Shown here: positions 56,320-64,000 of the stretch, in pieces
How positions within the stretch are numbered: the first letter of the stretch is position 1
Layout of the letters: each line of letters begins with the position of its first letter
From: Actinomycetota bacterium
GTDB lineage: Bacteria; Actinomycetota; Thermoleophilia; RBG-16-64-13
DNA length: 64,000 nt
Assembly (NCBI GenBank): GCA_018830645.1
Contig: JAHJSA010000067.1
Coordinates: forward strand, 10,919-74,918
Direction: 5' to 3'
Made by a program: the position numbers and the translations under genes
Notes under the pieces: generated by a model
Databases searched by the model: none
Seen by the model: the letters and a program-made list of their open reading frames with translations, nothing else
What the model was told of the DNA's origin: nothing

Positions 56320-59013
56320 CTACACCTCGCCCGCGGTCATCACGACATCGAATGGGACCCCCAGAGCCTCGAAGTGCCGCTTCCCACAACGGATTTAGTC
56401 GGCCTCGCTGGTACGCAGCTTCATGATGTCGCGAGTCCCCTTGGTCTCTCGAACCAGATAGACGGCCCGCCCGTCGTCCTTCACCAGGGCCCAGTCGGGG
56501 TTGTATTCGCCGAGTGGCGTGTCGATCTTGAACCACGTGGGCAGCTTCACGAACAGTTTGATGTCGTCGCGCTCATCCAGACGGCGGGCGAACTCGCGTT
56601 CGATTTCGGAGTCGTAGACCACGTACTCGTACACCGACTTGCTCACCTGCAGCGCCGCGAGGTAGTTGATGAGTTCCTCGTTCTTGAAGAGCAGCATCTC
56701 CCACTCCGTCTCGGAGCGGGCGTCGCTGTTGACACGCTCGTACTTGATTCCGTCGACCAGCAGTCGGTGAAGCTCGTACCTGAGAACGGCTGCAACGGCG
56801 TCGAGGAATCGTTGGGGGTCGTTGAAGAAGTCACCCAAACGGCCGGATTCGATGAGAACGCGGGTGAGCGTTGATCGAGTCAGTTCGGTCTCGTTCTGTA
56901 GATACGCCAGCAGGTCGGGCACGGGCGTGGCCGAGAGTGCGATATCCTCCTGGGCGACGGCCGCGCCCGTCGCGACAACTCCGCCCTTCGCCACCGCCAA
57001 CCGTCCAGTGGTGACACGCACGATAGGCCTGCGAATCGGCTCCATCTGCTTGATCCCGCCCACTGCACGCCTGACCAGTTCGTCGGTGTCGAACTCCACC
57101 CGGTAGGTCGTGCGGGGCTTGATGTGGTCCCACAATGCCTGGAACTCGGGACCGAGCACCACTTCCTTCTTCAGCCGGTTTGGCCCGTCGTCGCGTTCCC
57201 GGCGGATGTGGCTTTCGATCTGGTAGGCGGACAAGAGGTCGATGACCGCCGGCCTCAGATCGTGGTGCGGGCTGGGAAGCTTCAGGCTGAAGCCCGGGCG
57301 CAAAGGGGCGAAGCCGGGCTGGATCCGGCAATACCCGCAGACCGTTCTGATCCACCGGCAGGCGGAGACCGCGGCCGATCTCCTGCCGCTTCTTCACGGC
57401 GCTCCTGGTCTCATTGAGGGTGCAGATTTGGAAGACATTGGGGTTGTCCCAACCTTCGCGCAGGGCCGAATGACTGAAGATGAAGCGCAGCGGCTCGTCG
57501 AGGGAGAGTAGTCGCTCCTTCTCCCTCATGATCAAGTTGTAGACCTCATCGTCGGCCTGCGTGTTGCCCCGGGTGTCTTTGAGCACGCCCTTCCTGTCTT
57601 GGGCGAAGTAGCCGTTGTGGAGGCGGTCGAGCGGCTGGCTGAGCCACTCCAGATCGCGGTAGCCCTCCTCGCTGGCCAGTGCCGACAGTTCGGCTTCGAA
57701 CACTTCAGCGAACCGACCTTTCGTCGGCTGCCCATCCGCACCGTAGTCTCGGTGGTTCGCGACCCGGTCGACGAAGAAGAGCGACAGCACCTTGATCCCT
57801 CGCCCGCGCAACTCCAGTTCCTTGGTGAGATGGCGCTTGACGGTGTGCTTGATCTGCACCCGCCAGATGTCGTCGCGCATGCCCCCGATCTCCTCGCCGA
57901 GGCGCAGAGTGCGGTCGTTGCTGAAGCGGACGAACTCGCCTCCGGGCTCGGCATTGATCTCGGCCACCGAGAAACCTTGGGCATAGGCTGCACGCTCATT
58001 GGAGAGAGGGAAGAGATCGACCCCACCCTTGCCCGTATGCCGCCCTTGTCGTCAACTGATTCGAGCCGAACGTAGGCGTCGTTGGCTCCGCCCTCCGCAG
58101 CAGCACTCGCCACAACGATCTGTTTGACCAGCTTCAGTTCGAAGGCCCGCACCGGGTCGAGCCGGTAGACCAGGTTGTACGGGTTGCGGTGGGTGGCAGA
58201 GTAGCGCAGCGTACACAGCGGGTTGAGGGCCTTGATGGCCTCTTGCGCCTTCTCAGTGGAATCGACGCTCTGCGGCTCATCGATGATGACGAAGGGGCGG
58301 GCGGCCTGTACGAACTCGATGGGCTGGCGGCCGGAGAGTCGGTCGCTCTCCCTGTAGATGACATTGCTCTTGCGTTCTTCTTCGGTGCCGGCGAAGTTCT
58401 TGCGGAAGGCATCGATGTTGATCACCAAGATCTGCAGAGTAGTGCTGGTGGCGAAGCGGCGTAGGCGATTGACCTTCTTGGCATCGTAGACGAAATGCTC
58501 GAAGGGTAGGTTGTTGTAGAGGGCACGGAAGTGCTCGGCGGTGATCTCGATGTTCTTGAGCACGCCCTCGCGGATGGCCACGCTCGGGACCACGATGATG
58601 AACTTCTGGAGCCCGTACCGTCGTGACAACTCGAAGATCGTTCGCAGGTAGACGTAGGTCTTGCCCGTGCCGGTCTCCATCTCCACGGAGAAGTGTGGAC
58701 AGAAACGCGACATGTCCGCGGCGTTGTCGGAGAGCGCCCACGCCTCCAGAGGCGCGTGCGGGTCGGCGACGTCGATGTCGTTACGAGCCTGCACCACGCG
58801 GGCGTTGGCCGCCAGTCTGTCCTCGGCCGGCAGTAGGTGGTTGCCTACGCCGAGTTCGGTCTGATCCTGTCCGGCCAGCAAGGGGCCGAGGTCACCCATG
58901 TTGATGACCGCGTAGTCCTGCATACCCCGGGGCTGCCCCTCGAAGAGGTCGGTGATCGCCGCGGCGACGGCGTCCAACTGGAACTGCTGGTTGGCGTCGA
59001 ACTGTAGCTTCAC
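56320..59013 (-). pseudogene. res: Type III restriction enzyme Res subunit, disrupted by two frameshifts and one in-frame TAA
   Basis: Three successive frames (57532-59013, 56831-57967, 56395-57303) together give VEMETGTGKTY, IIDEPQS, SHSALREGWDNPNVFQI and YNPDWALV...ETKG. After the TAA at 56395-56397 the frame continues IRCGKRHFEALGVPFDVV to the TAG at 56320. Confidence 0.85.
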
Positions 59014-59961
59014 TCGTCGGGACTCTCATGTTTGTCAACGATCCGCTTCGCCTCGCGCTCGAAATCGCTCTCGTAGTTGCGCTCTTGGGTCACGCGAAAT
59101 CTGGCGTACTCCTCCTCCGCCAGCCCTTTGGCGACATCGTGCGAGACGCGGCCAGCGTCGGTGAGGATCTCGTACTCGTTGAACTGCAGGAACGCATCCA
59201 GTTTCTTGGCCCAATCGGCCATGCGCATGGGTATCTGGCGGGCGGCCTGGTTCTCGGCGTAGTCGAGGAACATCGATACAATTCGCTCCAAGGCCTTGAT
59301 TTCGTCGTCGGCCAGGTAGTTCTTCGCCACCATGACATCCGGTTTCAGAATCTTGCCCTCGGGAGCGTTCTTCCAGGTGGTCAGGCCCATGTGTGGTTTG
59401 GCGGCATCGGCCCGGTCGACGATGATCTCCGCGGCCGTCTTGCCGGCGATGGCCCAATGGAGCTTGTTCTGCACGGTAGAAGCGCCGCTCGCTGGCCCGG
59501 ATCTCGCGAATGCGCTGGAGAAGCTCGTCAAAGTAGTCCTTGCCGAACCGCCGACCCTGCTTCAGCCGCTGGTCGTCGAGTACGAAGCCCTTGATGATGA
59601 ATTCCCGCAGCGTCCTGGTAGCCCATATGCGGAACTGAGTCGCCTGTCGGCTGTTCACCCGGTAGCCTACGGCAATGATGGCATCGAGGTGGTGGAAGCC
59701 GGTCAGGTGTTTCTTGCCGTCCGCGGCAGTTGTCCGGAAATTCCGGAGAACTGACTCCTCATCCAATTCCCCGGAGCCAAAGATGTTGCGTAGGTGCTCG
59801 CTGATCGTCCGAACATCGACGCCGAAGAGCTCGGCCATGCGGCGCTGGCTGAGCCAGAACGTCTCATCCTCGAAGAACACCTCGGCCCGAGCCACTCCGT
59901 CGGCCGACTCGTAAAGAATGATCTCGCCCTCTCGCGCCTGGAAGTCTTCGTTCATCACCAC
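59010..59961 (-). pseudogene. rhuM: RhuM-family gene between mod and res, with an internal out-of-frame deletion
   Basis: The N-terminal part runs ...IREIRASERRFY. The C-terminal part (TVQNKLHWAIAGKTAAEII...) is in another frame and abuts it directly at about 59480-59495. Its stop overlaps the res GTG. Confidence 0.75.
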
Positions 59962-60079
59962 ACGCCTTTCCCGGTGCCTATGGGCCGGGCAGCAGCCTCA
60001 GTACGCTCAAGCCAGGCTACCAGGGGTAGAGTGCGCCGTTCGTACACCATTGGTTGTACGTTGGCGAGGTCGCGGCGCA

Positions 60080-61957
60080 TCACACCGTCTTGAAGCTGGG
60101 GACGCCCTTGGTCTTGAAGATCTGGACCGCGTTTGCCTTGAGTTGGTCGTTGCCCGCGAAGCTCTCATCCAAGCAGACGACGCGTTCGGGCCTGCGGTCG
60201 GCCATAGCCCGGATGACCTCCATGGTCAGATTGCGCTCCAAGCAGACGAACAGGGCACCATTGTCGACGCTGTGCACGGTCACCCCGGCCAACTCCCGCG
60301 ACTCCACCGGCGTGGTGAGCGAGAAGCCGCTCTTAAGCAAGATCTCGTAGAGCAGGTCGTCGGCCGCTCGTCCTTCCCGGATATGGTCTACGTGCATCGC
60401 GAGCTGCTCGGCGAGGGAGGCGGTGTCGCGCGGCACGTCGGCGTTCCAGGGGGTGAAGTTGGACTCGGCCAGCTTGAAGACGCGGAAGCCTCGGTCTTGG
60501 ACCTGACCGCCGCTCAGGTCGAGCCGGCCCGCATCCTCATCGTCGAGCTTCTTGATGACCCGGCGGACGCGTTCCTTGGTGATGTCGGCGATGGTGGGGT
60601 AGTCGTCACGCCCGGTGGGCTCGGGGAGCTGGACAAGGATGAACTTCCGGTTGCCGCCATCCTGTCGGTTCAGTTCGAGAACGGCTTGGGCGGTGGTGCC
60701 GGAGCCGGCTATGAAGTCGAGGATGATGTCGCTGCCTTCAACCGCGCAGGCGAGGTTCAACATTCGTTGAATCAACCCGGTAGGTTTCGGGTTGTCAAAG
60801 ACAGCTTCCCCAGAGAATAGCTTCTTGACCTCTAGGCCGCCCTCGTCAGTTGTTCCTGTACTTTGATAAGCCCAAAGGTCTACCGGAACTAGGCCTTCAC
60901 GCATTTCATTAAGAAAGTTCTTCAGTCTAGGATACTTGACGTCACCGTGCTGTCCTCACCATAAGCGGTTCTCACGAACGTGCCTCTCATGCTCGCGACG
61001 TTCGTACTTCCACGCGTGAGTGGGATGTTCTACTGCCGCACCTGATATGGGTCGCATTATCACATGTACCAGGTTAGGGCGTTCCTCTTTTCGAGCTAGG
61101 TTGACGTACGAAGAGCTGGTCCACGCACCTCGCTCATCACCATCGGGGTTGTCGTAAATCTCCTTGGACTGCTCACTTCTTGGTTCTCTCAAGATATCGA
61201 TGGTATCTGTTCTTCTGTAGGCCACGATACTATCTTTGAGAGAATAGAAGAGGCGGGCGTTATTGCTGCGCGTATACCGCTTCTCTCATGCGATCGACGC
61301 CAGGAAGTTCTCTTCACCGAAAACCTCATCGCACAGCCGTCGTAGGTTCGTCACCTCATTGTCATCAATGCTGATGAAGATAACCCCATCCTCCCGCAGG
61401 AGGTTCCGCGCGAGATACAGCCGCGGATACATCATGTTCAGCCACTTGGAGTGGAAGCGACCGTCGGCGTCGGTATTGGTGCCGAACTTGCGGCCTTCGG
61501 CGTCGACCTGGCTGGTGTACTCCAGATAGGTCTGCAGGCTCTCGGTGTAATTGTCGGGGTAGATGAAATTGTTGCCGGTGTTGTAGGGCGGGTCGATGTA
61601 GATCATCTTGACCTTGCCCTGATACGACTTCTGCAGGAGCTTGAGAACCTCGAGGTTGTCGCCCTCGATGATCAGGTTCTCCGTGGCGTCGAAGCCGACA
61701 CTCTCCTCAAGGCAGGGGCGGAGGGTCGCCAAGCTGGGTGCCTGGATGGTCCGGAAGCTGTCGGCCTTGCCCGGCCAGTTCATGCCGTAGCGTTCCTTGC
61801 CGGTGTCGACCGCCTCGCCCAACGCGAGCTTGAGCCGCTCGAAGTCCACCTTGCCGCCCTCGGTCCCAACTTCGGGGAACAAGCGAAGCAGTGCCTGCCG
61901 CCTGTCCTCGGCGATGTCCAGAGAATTGAGGTCGAGGTTCTCGGGCTGGTCGGTCAT
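60080..61957 (-). pseudogene. mod: Type III Mod (beta-class) DNA methyltransferase with two in-frame TGA codons
   Basis: ORFs 61286-62173, 60956-61225 and 60080-60904 share one frame. IYIDPPYNTGN (motif IV) lies in the N-terminal part and DFIAGSGTTAQA (motif I) in the C-terminal part. TGA codons sit at 61286-61288 and 60956-60958. Confidence 0.85.
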
Positions 61958-62382
61958 GCCGTGGGCTCCTCCCTGCCGCGACCGTTGCTGCTCCCGGATC
62001 GGTGACCCGGCGTCCGGAGCCTCTCGGCTCAGCCATGGTAGCGGGGCTTTCGCCAAGTCTATCGGAGCGGCGCCGGTTGGCGGAAGGGGCGTGGCGCGGT
62101 CTGCGGAGACGGGGCACGACCCGGCCTGCTTGAGGCTCCGGCGACACAACGAGCGTCGAGTTTCGTTGGCCACGGCGCAAAGACGTCGGCAACTCTACGT
62201 GCGGGATCTTTCCGGGCAACACGTCAAAGCCCTGAGGATCGCTCTCCCACCGCACGCCGGCACCACACGCGGGAATCAGTCCCGAGAGGAGTCTGCTAGG
62301 CTTGGAGCGGCGGCCGCAGATCCGCTCGACCACCGGCCCGTCCGCCCAGGCCATGAAGCGCACCCGGCAGGAAGAGGGACGC

Positions 62383-63027
62383 ATGAGAGAGATACGAAAA
62401 GCCCAGCCCGAGATGTACGCGGCAGAACTCGACGCCGACCTGGGGAGGTACCGGGAGGCTGCACTCGAGCAGGGGGCGTCCCGGGCCGCGGTGATCCCGG
62501 TGGGCGACATCCCGGTCGACGAGCGTGTCACTCTCAAGTGCCGCGTCCCGCGGTGCTTCGGCTACGGCGTGGGCGCCAACTGCCCGCCCCACACGTTGAC
62601 CCCAGCCGAGCTTCGTGGGCTGCTGGAGGGCTACCGGTGGGCCGTGTTCTTCGGCGTCGACGTGCCCCCGCCGGTGATCGTGCGCGATCGCGCCACGATC
62701 GAGGAGCGGGTCGACGCCTACCAGAAGGTCTACGACATGGTCTCCAACCTCGAGAGCCTCGCCTTCTACGACGGCCACTACCTGGCCTTCGGACTGGCCG
62801 CCGGCTCCTGCCGCCACACCTTCTGCGGCAGCCTCGATGACTGCGCCGCCCTTGAGGGCAAGAAATGCCGCTTCTCTCTCAAGTCGCGACCGTCGCTGGA
62901 GGCGGTGGGCGTCGACGTCTTCCGCCTGGCCGCGGGGCTCGGCTGGGACATCTACCCCATCGGGAGCTGCGCCACCCCCGACGAGGTGCCGCACGGCACG
63001 CTCTGCGGCATGGTCGTGGTGCAGTAG
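62383..63027 (+). CDS. DUF2284-like Cys-rich predicted metal-binding protein (paralogue of 21771-22406)
   Basis: VDERVTLKCRVPRCFGYGVGANCPP ... RPSLEAVGVDVF aligns with the first copy. Confidence 0.6.
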   Translation: MREIRKAQPEMYAAELDADLGRYREAALEQGASRAAVIPVGDIPVDERVTLKCRVPRCFGYGVGANCPPHTLTPAELRGLLEGYRWAVFFGVDVPPPVIVRDRATIEERVDAYQKVYDMVSNLESLAFYDGHYLAFGLAAGSCRHTFCGSLDDCAALEGKKCRFSLKSRPSLEAVGVDVFRLAAGLGWDIYPIGSCATPDEVPHGTLCGMVVVQ

Positions 63028-63039
63028 GCTGAGGGACCG

Positions 63040-63397
63040 GCCGATGCTCGTTGCCCGAGCCCTTGCGTGAAGGGCCGCGAGTTGTCCCGGGGTGAAGTCG
63101 CCGTCCGCGACGGCGAGGGGGAAGGGCCCCGGTGACGATGTTCCGCACCGCTCTTGCAGACCCACTGCGCGCCCATCTCCGCGATGTCATGAGGCTCTGC
63201 CAGGACGACCTTGCCGCCGACTGAGGCCGCGGGCCCCTGTCAGACGTACTGTCGTTCCTGCGCGACACACCTGCGCAGCAGGCCAAGACGTACCCACCGT
63301 CCAGGAGTTGGTGGGCCACACTGTGCGTGCGACGATGATCTGCGCCCACGTGCTGAACAGCCGCGGCCACGGCGTGCGCTGCCCACTTGACGAGTGA
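63040..63397 (+). pseudogene. Tyrosine recombinase (integron-integrase/XerD-like) remnant with frameshifts and an internal deletion
   Basis: Fragments in different frames: EVAVRDGEGEGPR, RAPVTMFRTALADPLRAHL, and the clear C-terminus VPTVQELVGHTVRATMICAHVLNSRGHGVRCPLDE*. Confidence 0.6.
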
Positions 63398-63414
63398 CAG
63401 CCGCGACATATACG

Positions 63415-63516
63415 GTCTGCCTATGCACCGGGTATCGTCGGCGCGCGCGCCGCCACCGTTGCCGAAAGGCCCTGGAGGGTGCGATCGTCGCCTGCTTCAG
63501 ACGTGCATAGGCAGAC
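63415..63516. repeat. Perfect 14-bp inverted repeat separated by 74 nt
   Basis: gtctgcctatgcac (63415-63428) and gtgcataggcagac (63503-63516). A further ggcagactgcc lies at 63541-63551. Confidence 0.7.
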
Positions 63517-63618
63517 AGAAAGCGGGCTGTGGCGGAGTTCGGCAGACTGCCGATGTAGTGTTAGGCCGGATGTGAGCGTCCGCCGCCCGATTGCAGCGGC
63601 GTATCCCGCTAGTCACGC

Positions 63619-63647
63619 TTGACGTTAATCACGGCGCGCGTTACTAT
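63619..63647 (+). promoter_or_regulatory. Putative higBA promoter (near-leaderless)
   Basis: TTGACG-17 nt-TACTAT, with the -10 element ending 6 nt before the ATG at 63654. Confidence 0.45.
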
Positions 63648-63653
63648 ACAACC

Positions 63654-63932
63654 ATGATTGTCTCGTTCAAGGATGCAGACACCGAGCGGCTCGCCCACGG
63701 ACATCGGGTGAAGCGCTTCGTGAGCATCGAGTCGGTCGCCAGACGCAAGCTCCGGCAGCTTGAGATTGCGGGCGTGCTCGACGACCTGCGCGTGCCGCCC
63801 GGCAACCGGCTCGAACCGCTCAAGGGTGACCGCGCGGGCCAATACAGCATCCGGGTGAACGACCAGTACCGCGTCTGCTTCCGTTGGACGATGGCGGGCG
63901 CAGAAGAGGTCGAGATCGTGGACTACCACTAG
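63654..63932 (+). CDS. higB: HigB (RelE/ParE superfamily) toxin
   Basis: MIVSFKDADTERLAHGHRVKRF...LKGDRAGQYSIRVNDQYRVCFRW...VEIVDYH. Confidence 0.85.
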   Translation: MIVSFKDADTERLAHGHRVKRFVSIESVARRKLRQLEIAGVLDDLRVPPGNRLEPLKGDRAGQYSIRVNDQYRVCFRWTMAGAEEVEIVDYH

Positions 63933-63939
63933 GGAAGTG

Positions 63940-64000
63940 ATGACGATGTCCCAGCTCAAGCCAGTGACCCCGGGCGAGCTCCTCCTCGAGGAGTTCCTGA
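63940..64000 (+). CDS. higA: HigA antitoxin, 5' end only (runs off the window)
   Basis: MTMSQLKPVTPGELLLEEFL parallels the start of the HigA at 11805. Confidence 0.7.
   Translation, partial: MTMSQLKPVTPGELLLEEFL

Noticed and set aside
60956-61288. Genome-wide reassignment of TGA to Trp.
   Set aside because: TGA clearly terminates conserved genes in this window, for example sucC at 18655-18657, fumarase alpha at 37112-37114 and the 2Fe-2S subunit at 48452-48454. Each of these has a start codon overlapping the stop.
63415-63516. Canonical integron attC site.
   Set aside because: The repeat lacks the RYYYAAC / GTTRRRY core sites at its ends, and the interior does not pair. It is kept only as an unexplained inverted repeat.

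Overview
This is a 64-kb, high-G+C bacterial chromosomal segment. GTG/TTG starts, ATGA/GTGA stop-start overlaps and G+C-rich third codon positions produce many long antisense shadow ORFs. It looks Actinomycetota-like, but the taxon cannot be fixed from this window. I saw no rRNA, tRNA or CRISPR array.

Layout: a housekeeping core at about 15.3-51.9 kb, flanked by two accessory/defence islands.

Core genes: methylmalonyl-CoA epimerase and mutase, sucCD, an agmatinase-family enzyme plus a C-N hydrolase, PucR with mmsA and an omega-aminotransferase, an embedded mazEF, 2-oxoacid dehydrogenase E1 alpha/beta, a small histidine kinase, trpS, malic enzyme, split class I fumarase, sdhCDAB, RIC, thiolase plus hydroxyacyl-CoA dehydrogenase/enoyl-CoA hydratase, a NifS-like desulfurase, a three-subunit molybdo-hydroxylase, and IclR.

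Left island (1-13.4 kb): on the minus strand, an SNF2 helicase, then a roughly 1,620-codon N6-adenine methyltransferase (frameshifted inside motif I), then an ABC-ATPase/Toprim(DUF4435) fusion that runs off the window edge. These are followed by an HTH-PIN pair, a decapitated higB with an intact higA, and a DUF4143-type ATPase.

Right island (52-64 kb): a Dam-like remnant, a Fic gene behind palindromic operators, AbiEi/AbiEii, and a type III mod-rhuM-res operon carrying at least six inactivating lesions. Two of those lesions are in-frame TGA codons at expected Trp positions, bracketing a low-G+C target-recognition segment. The island ends with a second DUF2284 paralogue, a tyrosine-recombinase remnant and higBA.

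The best candidate for a poorly described system is the helicase-methylase-ATPase trio at 33-10216. Two secondary themes recur: short tandem duplications exactly at gene boundaries, and a GGGGCGCC-core intergenic repeat family.
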